DNA of 64,000 bases from Patescibacteria group bacterium (GTDB lineage Bacteria > Patescibacteriota > Minisyncoccia > Phycocordibacterales > Phycocordibacteraceae), in contig JAIELV010000001.1 of assembly GCA_019752595.1 (NCBI GenBank), positions 489,209-553,208 on the forward strand, given 5' to 3'. Shown piece after piece: positions 27,992-36,246 of this stretch (positions are counted from its first letter, which is position 1; every line of letters starts with the position of its first letter). The position numbers and the translations under genes are program-made. Under the pieces are notes generated by a model, which saw only the letters and a list, made by a program, of their open reading frames with translations, did not search any database and was not told the DNA's origin.

Positions 27992-28876
27992 CTATTTTAA
28001 CTCGCTTTTTACACTTGCGTCTATGAACATATCTAAATCTCCTGATAACACTGCATCGGTGTTATGGGATTCAGCGTCAGTGCGGTGGTCTTTTACCAAC
28101 TTATACGGATGTAAAACGTAGGAGCGAATCTGACTTCCCCATTCGTTTGCTGTTGTTGCACCAATTGAAAGTCCCTTTACTTCCTTCTCACGGATTTCTT
28201 CTTCTCGTTTAAATATTTTTGCTTTCAAAAGCGCAAGTGCACGCTCGCGGTTCGCAGCCTGGCTTCGCTCCGTGGACGCATGCACAGAAAGATTGGTGGG
28301 TTTATGGACGATTCTTACTGCCGTTTCTCTTTTGTTGACATTCTGCCCGCCTGCGCCGCCTGAGCGCGCAAACTGAATATCCAAATCCTCAGGCTTCAAT
28401 TCAACACCTTCGCCTTCAGGTAATTCTGGGAGCACTTCAAGAAGTGCAAAACTTGTTTGTCGTTTACTGTTGGCATTGAATGGAGAGATGCGGACCAAAC
28501 GATGCACGCCCGCTTCATGCTTCAGACGCCCATACGCCCCTTTACCTTTTATTTCAAATGTAATCGAACGATACCCGCCGTGGTCACTTTCATTTTCATC
28601 AATACGGCGCACCTCCCAGCCTTTTTTCGTGGCGTATCCGTCGTACATCCGAAATAGTATTGCTGCAAAATCCTCAGCATCGTCACCACCTGCGCCCGCG
28701 AGAAGAGAAAGTACTGCACTTCCGCGGTCGTACCGAGAGCCACCCTCGGCAAGCATTTCCAAATCCTTCATCTCTTTAATCATCCGCTGTGCCGCGGCTG
28801 AATCATTCCAAAAATCAGGCCGTTCCATGGCCGACTGAATCTCAGCAATACGCGCTTTTGCCTGCTCAGGATTCAT
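27992..28876 (-). CDS. prfB: peptide chain release factor 2, N-terminally short, single ORF with no programmed frameshift
   Basis: SPF motif (RISPFNANSKRQ) and GGQ motif (SGGAGGQNVNK). Likely start MNPEQAKARIAEIQ at 28876. No CTTTGAC shifty site upstream. Confidence 0.8.
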   Translation of the reverse strand: MNPEQAKARIAEIQSAMERPDFWNDSAAAQRMIKEMKDLEMLAEGGSRYDRGSAVLSLLAGAGGDDAEDFAAILFRMYDGYATKKGWEVRRIDENESDHGGYRSITFEIKGKGAYGRLKHEAGVHRLVRISPFNANSKRQTSFALLEVLPELPEGEGVELKPEDLDIQFARSGGAGGQNVNKRETAVRIVHKPTNLSVHASTERSQAANRERALALLKAKIFKREEEIREKEVKGLSIGATTANEWGSQIRSYVLHPYKLVKDHRTDAESHNTDAVLSGDLDMFIDASVKSELK

Positions 28877-28878
28877 AG

Positions 28879-29106
28879 TTATTTTCGACGAGAGATGAAC
28901 TGCCACAAAGACACCAGTGCCCACAAAGTCTCAATGACAAGAAACGGCCAGCTTTCTATCGCGTATGCGTAATACGCTAGAAGTACAGCTCCTAAAAAAT
29001 TTCCCGCGATATACCAAAGCGATGAACTCTGGAGAATCTTAAACTGAAGTAAAGAGAAGAAAAATAAAAGAATTCCTGCCCCAAGAGTGCCAATCAAAAG
29101 AATCAT
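28879..29106 (-). CDS. small hypothetical membrane protein (2 TM)
   Basis: 75 aa, hydrophobic. Its stop abuts the prfB start. Confidence 0.3.
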   Translation of the reverse strand: MILLIGTLGAGILLFFFSLLQFKILQSSSLWYIAGNFLGAVLLAYYAYAIESWPFLVIETLWALVSLWQFISRRK

Positions 29107-29130
29107 GAAGTCAGTTTACCACTGAGGCAA

Positions 29131-30579
29131 TTACGGTTCTATCTTGCGATATTCTGGCGTCTCCGTGCAGACCACACAGGCGGCCGATTTCATTTGAGCA
29201 TCGGTGACGGATGCTTTCTTGACCCACTCAGATAATGCAAGCGTGTCCGACAATCTGTCAGGCGACTTTAATACAATAACTGCAATCCGCCTCTCCACAT
29301 CATTCACGCTAAGCGAAATTACCGCGGCCATTGTTTCTCCTGCAGCGGTCGTTTGCCCAGCTTTTCCACCCAAAAATGGCGCACGAAACACGGGATCGTT
29401 TACATTAGTGACCTTGAAGACCGCGCCTGATTTCGCGCTCACCTCTTTTTCTTTGAGACGCGTCATCGTAAGCGCAAAAGATTTCTTGTCGGCAAGGTAC
29501 CGCAAAAGACGGAACAGGTCGTCTGGCGTTGAAAGATTTTCAGGAGATACACCACTACCGTCTGCAAAGGATGTTCGGTGCATACCAAGCGCCTGCGCGG
29601 TTGTATTCATCCAATCAACGAAACGATCCTCTCCATAATATTTTGTAATTCTGTTTGCAACTGCATTGTTTGATTCTAAGAGAAGCGGGTAGAGCAAATC
29701 CCCTACCAAAAACCGCTCTGTGGTGGTGCTCATATTTTTCCCGTTTTTGAGTTCCACGTTTTCAATCGGAATAGACTGCTCGAAACTGATAAGCTCATTT
29801 GCGACAAGCGCCGTCATAAGTTTGGTTACGGAGGCAATCGGGCGTGCTTCACTTGAATCTTTTTCCGCGTACACATCTCCTGTATCTATGTCTGCAATTA
29901 GATACGCTTCTCCCGCTATATTCGGAAGCGGGATGTCGGCAAGCGCAATCGAGGGAAGTAGTTCGTGTGTTTTTTTGTCATATACGAAAACACCCGTGTC
30001 GATGTCAGCGAATGCAAATACCTTCTGCGCGTCTTCAGTGGTGAGCTTTATGCACCCACCAGAATACGAAGCAGAAACTGGTGTGCCATCTGGATAATAC
30101 GTCCATCCGTGAATAAAGTAGTTGCCATAAAACTGCATGGAAAACGGCATATACACTTTCCCGATTGTCGAGTAGTGAACTTCTTCTTTTGTCTTTATTG
30201 AATAAAAACCGCTCGGCGTTTCCCACGACGTACCTGGCTTTCCTTTGCTCTGTATCGGGAACTCATTTACGATTGTTCCGTTTTCATACAAAAAAAGCTT
30301 CATCGCCACTAGATCAGCACTAATGAATTTTCCTTCTTTCGGAATCACGTCTGATATCTGGAGCGAGTCGATGACGCGTCGTGCTGGAACAATCCCCGCA
30401 GCAAGATTTGCTGACAGACGCTCTGCTGGCGGAGGGATGACTACTGAGGCCTGACGTACAGCCTCAGCGTCGGTCGATGCGTATAAAATCCCAAAATGGG
30501 TCACAACGCTTGAAACAATAAGCGCTGCGCACAGCGCGAAAAAAAATACAAAACCGCGCCAATCGAACGAATGATTCAT
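29131..30579 (-). CDS. bifunctional peptidoglycan enzyme: L,D-transpeptidase (YkuD) domain fused to a D-alanyl-D-alanine carboxypeptidase (S11, PBP5-like) domain
   Basis: N-terminal TM anchor. YkuD catalytic motif HGWTYYPDGTPVSASYSGGCIKL (His...SxGC). S11 motifs SVTK (SxxK), ESNN (SxN) and GGKAG (KTG-like). Confidence 0.65.
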   Translation of the reverse strand: MNHSFDWRGFVFFFALCAALIVSSVVTHFGILYASTDAEAVRQASVVIPPPAERLSANLAAGIVPARRVIDSLQISDVIPKEGKFISADLVAMKLFLYENGTIVNEFPIQSKGKPGTSWETPSGFYSIKTKEEVHYSTIGKVYMPFSMQFYGNYFIHGWTYYPDGTPVSASYSGGCIKLTTEDAQKVFAFADIDTGVFVYDKKTHELLPSIALADIPLPNIAGEAYLIADIDTGDVYAEKDSSEARPIASVTKLMTALVANELISFEQSIPIENVELKNGKNMSTTTERFLVGDLLYPLLLESNNAVANRITKYYGEDRFVDWMNTTAQALGMHRTSFADGSGVSPENLSTPDDLFRLLRYLADKKSFALTMTRLKEKEVSAKSGAVFKVTNVNDPVFRAPFLGGKAGQTTAAGETMAAVISLSVNDVERRIAVIVLKSPDRLSDTLALSEWVKKASVTDAQMKSAACVVCTETPEYRKIEP

Positions 30580-30610
30580 CAGAACCTATTATGACATTTC
30601 CTTTGAGCCG

Positions 30611-30680
30611 ATGATCGAACTTGAACCGATGACCTATTGCTTACAATGCAATTACTCTATCCACAAGCGAGGGAGAGTTG
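30611..30680 (-). other. tRNA-like fragment (anticodon arm ATTGC-ATTGTAA-GCAAT, UGU; T-arm-like ATCGG-TTCAAGT-TCGAT) without a pairing acceptor stem
   Basis: Manual fold of the minus strand: good anticodon and T arms but G53:U61 and no complementary 5' acceptor. Probably a decayed tRNA-Thr(UGU). Confidence 0.25.
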
Positions 30681-30707
30681 CAGAAAAAGTCTATCTTCCA
30701 GTCTCCG

Positions 30708-30780
30708 AGCCGCCTCGCAGAATCGAACTGCGGACCTACGGTTTACGATACCGTTGCTCTACCAGCTGAGCTAAGGCGGC
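30708..30780 (-). tRNA. tRNA-Thr (anticodon CGU)
   Basis: Minus-strand fold: GCCGCCT-TA-GCTC-AGCTGGTAG-AGC-A-ACGGT-ATCGTAA-ACCGT-AGGTC-CGCAG-TTCGATT-CTGCG-AGGCGGC-T. Confidence 0.75.
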
Positions 30781-30820
30781 TCGGAAACAACAAGGTTTTT
30801 GACTTTTTCTATAACCGACC

Positions 30821-30860
30821 GAGTGCTGAGGGTATGGCTTCCATACCAACTGAGCTAAGG
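30821..30860 (-). other. 5' tRNA fragment (GCCGCCTTAGCTCAGTTGGTA...) duplicating the 5' end of the adjacent tRNA-Thr, then diverging
   Basis: First ~21 nt match the tRNA-Thr(CGU) 5' acceptor and D-arm. No D-stem 3' strand, anticodon arm or T-arm follow. Confidence 0.3.
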
Positions 30861-30930
30861 CGGCGAAGATACCTTTATATCGCCCCAAGCGGACACACGT
30901 CAATGTGTGTCCGCTTTTTTCTTAGGAAGT

Positions 30931-33348
30931 TTAATACTCAGGCGTGCCGACGGTTACTGTAAAGCTTGAACCGCTGTATCCACCTTGGAAGTTTTTAAGC
31001 GTGAGGCCTGTCATCGACTGAAGTTTCGATACAAGCGTTGAGTAATTTGAATCGGTCTTCTGATACGCGTAGAAGTAGTTAGAGCCTGGATTGTAGTACC
31101 AGCGACTTGCAATTGGTACCGCACCGCTTGTGTTTGCACACGTTGCCTGCCCTGCCCAGTTATATATCGTCTGGAATCGACTATCGGCACCATCCCGTTC
31201 ATCGTAGAACGAACCCGCGGGAGAAATTCCTCGCGAAGCATTTGCGGGGTCATTATAGAAGTAGCGTTCAACCAGTGGCGAAGCACCCGTAATAACTGGT
31301 GACTGTACGTTGTAACCCGAGAGGATGACTTTTTGAAGATTTACTCCCGCGGGAACATTTATGTTCCAGATAACTGGTTCGTATGCCGACAGTGAAAGTG
31401 TGATCGGTGTCCCTTTTTTCGAACCGATAAGCTGAACGAGGTTCACATTTACCGTACCTGGTTTTGAGTAGCAGAAATTGTGCTGAGCGCCTGCTGCTTC
31501 ATACACACCGACAGCGTAGAGTTCTCCGACAGACGAGGTGTTGGAAACCGTAAGAGTTGCAGATGCTTCAGATGCTGGTCCGTCTTTGCCTGTACCAGGG
31601 TCATTTACACATCGAAGTGTGTATTTCGTCGTTACCGTGTTGTTGATAGTCCACGTTCCAGAGAGAGGTACGGTTTCTTGGATAGAACCATAACTCATAT
31701 AGCAGCGGTTTGCATTTTGCGTAGTCCATGTAAGTGTCGAAGATCCCCCAACAGAAATCGTGCTTGGCGTTATCTGTATCGTCACAATCGGAACGGGAGT
31801 AACTGAGCCGACGGTGTAACGGGCGCTCGTTGCAATTACCGTTCTTGAAGAGTTAAACGCCTGAACAACATATTCTCCTGGGGAAACGACTGGGCGAACG
31901 ATGAGCGTCAAAGAACCATTGCCACCTGACGTCAATTCCTGTGTCCAGACTGTAGCTCCTGTGTTGACGTTCACCACATTAACCCCTGACGAAGGCATGT
32001 TTCCATACTCGACAGTGAATTGCGTTGCTGTATCTGCGTCCACATGCCCAGCGCTGGTAATAGAGATTAACGGTGAGGCTGTTCCCACGGAGCTCACTGG
32101 AATAACCAGACGACATGTATTTGTTGCGCCAGACGCATCGTAGACACGCATGACTAGGTACGGATTTCCAAGTACATTCGCGGTGAATGTCGTTCCACCA
32201 AAAGCTGCGAGCTTATCGCCACCAAGATAAAAGTTGTCCTTGTCGGTATCTTTTATCCACTGAGCATAGGTTCCATTTGAATTCCATTTCACTGTAATAG
32301 TTTCACCGAGCACGTACGAGGATTTATTAGTCGCGAGTGAGCAATAGAGGTTAGATGTTGACGTTCCTTTCCCTACCACTTTGAAATCAAACTTCACTGC
32401 ATTTCTCTGCGGATTGCGACTGTTAATGTCGAATACCATCGAATAGTTCCCAGGAGGTATATGGTACGTTTGGAATCGGTGCGTCATGTCTATTTGCACA
32501 CTCTCACCAGGATTGAGAGTGAATGTGGTCGGCACCTGGCTCGCAGCTGACATGCACTGCTGCACAGTACTTAGATCAAATACCGTACGTCCTCCGTTGT
32601 CTTTGTCGTAGATTCGGTAGGTATACCAACAGTTATTTGGAAACACGACCGTTTGCGCCGTGCGTGCATTATTTTTTATAACAATTTGAAATGGACCAAT
32701 ATCAGTTCCTTCTACAAAAGAATCTGTTGTAGTGCCACTCCCCCCCTTTAAAACAATTGAATACGCAATTACTCCTGCACTCGAAGTTCCCCCTCCTGTT
32801 TCTGGAAGTGGACTGGTGCCAGTAGGGGTGGTTGGGGTAACTGGATTCGTTCCAGTAGTCCCTGTCTGACCTTTACCGCACCATTCTGCAATCTTTGCTC
32901 TCGTCAAAGAACCAACAATACCGAAGGCGGGCAATCCTTTTTCCTGTTGGAACTTCACCACATAACTTTGTGTTAGGCGTCCGAAAAAGCCCGTTGCGAT
33001 GTCCTCTTCATTCAAATTGAAATAGTCGGAGAGGAAGAGTTGTAGCTCCGTCACTTGTCCTCCTGTAGCTGCATCGCGTGCGCCGCGCTGCATAGTGGAA
33101 GAAAGTTTCGGACAATAGATTCCCGTTGTTGATGTGCCGTCTGCTCCGTAGTCATCCGTGGGTCCTGTCGTCGCACCCAAGACCGCTCCTTGGAAATTGC
33201 GTATCGTGGAATCATCGGCACCAAAAGAACGCAAAAGCATCTCGAGAGAATTTTGCTGCTCATCCGAGAGCGCTTCGGCAAAACTCGGAGCCGTCATAAA
33301 ACCGATAACAGCAAACGCGACGAGGAGAAATGCAAAAACTTTCTTCAT
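30931..33348 (-). CDS. large secreted cell-surface protein with N-terminal peptidoglycan-binding (PG_binding_1-like) domain and multiple beta-rich Ig-like domains
   Basis: Signal peptide MKKVFAFLLVAFAVIGFMTAPSFA. PG-binding-like region (LQLFLSDYFNLNEEDIATGFFGRLTQSYVVKFQQEKGLPAFGIVGSLTRAKI). Thr/Gly-rich linkers. 805 aa. Confidence 0.5.
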   Translation of the reverse strand: MKKVFAFLLVAFAVIGFMTAPSFAEALSDEQQNSLEMLLRSFGADDSTIRNFQGAVLGATTGPTDDYGADGTSTTGIYCPKLSSTMQRGARDAATGGQVTELQLFLSDYFNLNEEDIATGFFGRLTQSYVVKFQQEKGLPAFGIVGSLTRAKIAEWCGKGQTGTTGTNPVTPTTPTGTSPLPETGGGTSSAGVIAYSIVLKGGSGTTTDSFVEGTDIGPFQIVIKNNARTAQTVVFPNNCWYTYRIYDKDNGGRTVFDLSTVQQCMSAASQVPTTFTLNPGESVQIDMTHRFQTYHIPPGNYSMVFDINSRNPQRNAVKFDFKVVGKGTSTSNLYCSLATNKSSYVLGETITVKWNSNGTYAQWIKDTDKDNFYLGGDKLAAFGGTTFTANVLGNPYLVMRVYDASGATNTCRLVIPVSSVGTASPLISITSAGHVDADTATQFTVEYGNMPSSGVNVVNVNTGATVWTQELTSGGNGSLTLIVRPVVSPGEYVVQAFNSSRTVIATSARYTVGSVTPVPIVTIQITPSTISVGGSSTLTWTTQNANRCYMSYGSIQETVPLSGTWTINNTVTTKYTLRCVNDPGTGKDGPASEASATLTVSNTSSVGELYAVGVYEAAGAQHNFCYSKPGTVNVNLVQLIGSKKGTPITLSLSAYEPVIWNINVPAGVNLQKVILSGYNVQSPVITGASPLVERYFYNDPANASRGISPAGSFYDERDGADSRFQTIYNWAGQATCANTSGAVPIASRWYYNPGSNYFYAYQKTDSNYSTLVSKLQSMTGLTLKNFQGGYSGSSFTVTVGTPEY

Positions 33349-33427
33349 AGATGTAAAAAGAATGGACTTTATTAAGTATCATCAAAATACCATAAAAACA
33401 CACCCCAAATGGGGTGTTTGATTTTGG

Positions 33428-33500
33428 AGCCGAGACCCGGGATTGAACCGGGGACCCCCACCTTACCATGGTGGTGCTCTACCAGCTGAGCTATCTCGGC
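33428..33500 (-). tRNA. tRNA-Thr (anticodon GGU)
   Basis: Minus-strand fold: GCCGAGA-TA-GCTC-AGCTGGTAG-AGC-A-CCACC-ATGGTAA-GGTGG-GGGTC-CCCGG-TTCAATC-CCGGG-TCTCGGC-T. Confidence 0.75.
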
Positions 33501-33604
33501 AAATTCCTTACGAGAATAGCGCGAAGTGCGGGTTTTGGCGAGCAGTGAGGAAATGTGAACTCGTTCACATTTCTGATACAACGAGCGAAAACTCGTAAGG
33601 AAAT
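33501..33604. other. nested inverted repeats: outer AAATTCCTTACGAG...CTCGTAAGGAAATT, inner 11-2-11 palindrome GAAATGTGAAC-TC-GTTCACATTTC
   Basis: Read directly. Lies between tRNA-Thr(GGU) and the 33614 gene. Possible structured leader or small RNA. Confidence 0.3.
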
Positions 33605-33613
33605 TCTGTCAGA

Positions 33614-34243
33614 ATGCAGACGAGAGCCCGAAGGGCTATGTCGGCGACATCATCATGCGTGGAGGTAAGCTCCCAATCTGAAGCCGATGCTACAATCAGC
33701 CCCATGCTTCGCGAATATCCACATCTTCGAATACTCTTCCTCTCATACCTAGGCGCTATCGTCCTCTTTTTCTTTTTTGGTCCTGAGTTTTTTCACTCAC
33801 TCGTTGCGCCACTCGGCATTGGTGGTTTGTTTATTGTCGGCATGATGTACAGCTACAGCTTTACGCTTTCTTTAGGTGCCCTTCTCCTACCTGCATTCCT
33901 TGACCAATACTCTCCGATCGTTATAGCTATTTTCGGAGGCTTGGGTGGCACATTTGCTGACCTTACTATGTTTCAACTCGTAAAAAACAACTTGAAGCAA
34001 GAAATGAAAGCCCTCGGAAAAACAAATTTCATGAAAGCTGTCCGCAAACTTCCGTTAATGAAATTCGACTGGTTTCGAGATGCCCTTGGTGCAATCCTTA
34101 TTGCCTCACCTCTTCCTGATGAAATCGGCATCGCAGTTATGGCAAGCACGCACCTTTCAGAAAACGCATTTCGTTTGATTGCCCTTGTTGCAAACGTCGT
34201 TGGTATTTATCTTCTTGTCACAGCAGCTGCTGCTATTTATTAA
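33614..34243 (+). CDS. hypothetical membrane protein (5-6 TM)
   Basis: Hydrophobic profile. The probable start is MLREYPHLRI, ~30 codons in. Confidence 0.4.
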   Translation: MQTRARRAMSATSSCVEVSSQSEADATISPMLREYPHLRILFLSYLGAIVLFFFFGPEFFHSLVAPLGIGGLFIVGMMYSYSFTLSLGALLLPAFLDQYSPIVIAIFGGLGGTFADLTMFQLVKNNLKQEMKALGKTNFMKAVRKLPLMKFDWFRDALGAILIASPLPDEIGIAVMASTHLSENAFRLIALVANVVGIYLLVTAAAAIY

Positions 34244-34244
34244 T

Positions 34245-34291
34245 TCCGGCGGTCAGCACCCAACGCGAGCAAAGCAGTTTGCTCGCTTCAG
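34245..34291 (+). repeat. 47-bp repeat R1 (TCCGGCGGTCAGCACCCAACGCGAGCAAAGCAGTTTGCTCGCTTCAG) with an internal 9-bp-stem hairpin, followed by the hairpin AAATCCCCTTTCGGGATTTT
   Basis: Matches 34558-34604 exactly. It contains GCGAGCAAA-GCAG-TTTGCTCGC and is followed by a 7-bp-stem hairpin plus a T-run. Confidence 0.5.
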
Positions 34292-34436
34292 TCGAAAGCA
34301 AAAATCCCCTTTCGGGATTTTACTGTGGTCACCCGTCACTAAGTATTTTGCTCCAAGTATTCGCAAAATACTAAGTGCGCTCGACCCCGTCTCGCCTGTC
34401 GCAATACGACATGGCTCCGACTCGCACAAGTAAACA

Positions 34437-34461
34437 AAAACAGCACGCAGGTGCTGTTTTT
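34437..34461 (+). terminator. rho-independent terminator-like hairpin CAGCACGCAGGTGCTGTTTTT
   Basis: Perfect 6-bp stem with GCAG loop, followed by TTTTT on the plus strand. Confidence 0.45.
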
Positions 34462-34470
34462 GAATCTAGT

Positions 34471-34485
34471 GCGCGGCTGATGGGT
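34471..34485. repeat. 15-bp direct duplicate (GCGCGGCTGATGGGT) of the 3' end of the tRNA-Asp gene: att-like scar
   Basis: Matches 34640-34654, which covers the tRNA-Asp acceptor 3' strand and T-stem, exactly. The two copies are 169 bp apart. Confidence 0.45.
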
Positions 34486-34557
34486 TTGCCCTGACGGTCA
34501 CTAACTCGCTTCGCTCGTAAGTGCCGCGGGGCACGCCTCGTCTGCCTAACGGCATGA

Positions 34558-34604
34558 CTCCGGCGGTCAGCACCCAACGCGAGCAAAGCAGTTTGCTCGC
34601 TTCA
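34558..34604 (+). repeat. 47-bp repeat R2, identical to R1, followed by the hairpin AAGCCCCTTTCGGGGCTT
   Basis: Exact 47/47 match to 34245-34291. Confidence 0.5.
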
Positions 34605-34640
34605 GCCGCAATACAAAAGCCCCTTTCGGGGCTTGCATTG

Positions 34641-34712
34641 CGCGGCTGATGGGTGCTGACCCCACGACCTCTCGCGTGACAGGCGAGTGCTCTACCGTTG
34701 AGCTACAGCCGC
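34641..34712 (-). tRNA. tRNA-Asp (anticodon GUC) with a non-canonical T-loop (GUCAGCA)
   Basis: Minus-strand fold: GCGGCTG-TA-GCTC-AACGGTAG-AGC-A-CTCGC-CTGTCAC-GCGAG-AGGTC-GTGGG-GTCAGCA-CCCAT-CAGCCGC-G. Positions 54 and 58 are G/G instead of T/A, so it may be impaired or a pseudogene. Confidence 0.6.
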
Positions 34713-34868
34713 AAGCGAGGAAGATAGTGAGAAAGCTTGCTTTGTCACTATTTCCGAGCGCAGCGGATGTATGTACCCATACAGCCGCAAACCGCTTGCA
34801 GTGCGTGATAATACCAAAAAAACCCCAAAAAAACGAGCCCCTGGAAGAGTGTATTTCCTCTTCCCTAT

Positions 34869-35885
34869 TTGATACAGATGGTACTATCAAAAATAGAGAT
34901 GAGACATGAAGGTAAAAACTTCTTTGATACTCAATCAATTCTTCATAGAAGAAAAGTTCTAATCGGCGCTGTAGGAGTAGTCGCTACTGCGGGAATTACT
35001 GGTGTTCATTTAGGAAGACCTCGGGCAGTACAAACATCTGCAACACTTGACGTGCTTAGTGAACCCGAACAAATAATGCCATCACGTTTTTTGCTCGACA
35101 AGCACGCAGCGGGATTACGCGAAGCACACCGCGAGGCACAGTTGTGGCACGATACAACAATTGTAGTTTTTGGGGCTGATTTAAAAGATGGTCGGCCTCA
35201 ATTTAAAACGGAAGAAGCTGTTACTGCGATACGTCGAAGAAACCCGCGCGCAGAATGTATAAGCGGACTCGGTACTGATGAAAGAAACGGTGTGGTGCCT
35301 GCCAGCAAAGACTCGCTCATAACAACGAAAGAAAGAATACTATCCATGATTCGCAATAATCATGGGACACCTACAACCATACTTTTTACCGCGCACGGCG
35401 GACCGTTAGGGATACAGCTCGGAACATATGTGAACGCGGAAACAGGACAACAGGAAAGGATACACATAACCCCTGAAGAGCTTGCACATGCCTATGCGCC
35501 AAAATATCGAAGTATGCGGTCACGCATGCTGGCACGGCAATCGCCTGACATTCTTGCGTTCGTCAATTGTAGTTCTGGAAATATCGCGGGGGAATTTATG
35601 ACTGAATTACAGCGAGCGGAACGAGAGCGAGAGCCACGGCGTGATTTGAGGTCATTTCAGCCAACGACACCGATTACATTTTCTGCTTCTACTGCGGAAG
35701 AAGTTTCTTACATTAATCAACTTCTTTTCGAAATGACGGAACATACCACCGTGGGTGGAATGTATGCATCAGCGGACCGTATTGGAGGCAGACAATTTTC
35801 AAACCCAGGTATTCGAGTCCCTGATACAGAAACTGGAGTGCCAGTAGTTGTAGGTGCAAACGACAGTGGAACTCGGTTTGCGTAA
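34869..35885 (+). CDS. hypothetical protein with N-terminal TM helix, Arg/Glu-rich, no recognisable domain
   Basis: 338-aa ORF between tRNA-Asp and tRNA-Met. Its composition differs from neighbouring genes. Confidence 0.35.
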   Translation: MIQMVLSKIEMRHEGKNFFDTQSILHRRKVLIGAVGVVATAGITGVHLGRPRAVQTSATLDVLSEPEQIMPSRFLLDKHAAGLREAHREAQLWHDTTIVVFGADLKDGRPQFKTEEAVTAIRRRNPRAECISGLGTDERNGVVPASKDSLITTKERILSMIRNNHGTPTTILFTAHGGPLGIQLGTYVNAETGQQERIHITPEELAHAYAPKYRSMRSRMLARQSPDILAFVNCSSGNIAGEFMTELQRAEREREPRRDLRSFQPTTPITFSASTAEEVSYINQLLFEMTEHTTVGGMYASADRIGGRQFSNPGIRVPDTETGVPVVVGANDSGTRFA

Positions 35886-36052
35886 AAGTCTCAAACTCTC
35901 CACAAAGTCCTGTCTTCGTGCTATTTTCAACGGACGCTGGCAAGCTATTAGCTTTCAGCATTTTTTGTAGCGAGTCGCTGGCATAGCCCTCCAGGCTCCC
36001 AGCTCGTTCAGAGAGTATAGAAATGCTAGCATTTCTATGTTCCTCTTCACTC

Positions 36053-36129
36053 GCTGGGATAGCTCAGGTAGTTAGAGCATGGGACTCATAAACCCAAGGT
36101 CGGAGGTGCAAGTCCTCCTCCCAGCACCA
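36053..36129 (+). tRNA. tRNA with CAU anticodon (elongator Met or lysidine Ile2), CCA encoded
   Basis: Fold: GCTGGGA-TA-GCTC-AGGTAGTT-AGAGC-A-TGGGA-CTCATAA-ACCCA-AGGTC-GGAGG-TGCAAGT-CCTCC-TCCCAGC-A-CCA. G1:C72 is paired, so it is not an initiator. Unusual G55 in the T-loop. Confidence 0.7.
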
Positions 36130-36132
36130 TTT

Positions 36133-36246
36133 TGTCGCGAAGCGACAATTAAGGACTTGCAAGCCGGAGCAATGTTTTCCGTTTCGGAAAACCGCGAGGC
36201 GGGGTCGCGGAAGTTTGTGAACGTAGGTGAACAAACTATTCGTGAC
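36133..36246. other. 114-bp hairpin-rich insert between the tRNA-Met 3' end and its 24-bp direct duplicate
   Basis: Contains the perfect hairpins TTGTCGC-GAA-GCGACAA, TTTTCCG-TTT-CGGAAAA and CGCGA-GGCGGGG-TCGCG. Confidence 0.4.

Noticed and set aside
28876-28925. Programmed +1 frameshift site in prfB
   Set aside because: No CUU-UGA-C motif, and no short frame-0 ORF upstream. The N-terminal extension in the ORF track is in the same frame and overlaps the upstream gene. The gene is a single ORF.
34179-34938. ORF-track ORFs 34179..34433 (+), 34371..34586 (-) and 34567..34938 (-)
   Set aside because: They overlap exact DNA repeats, hairpins, a terminator and the tRNA-Asp gene. Their compositions are Arg/Ser-rich translations of GC-rich structured DNA.
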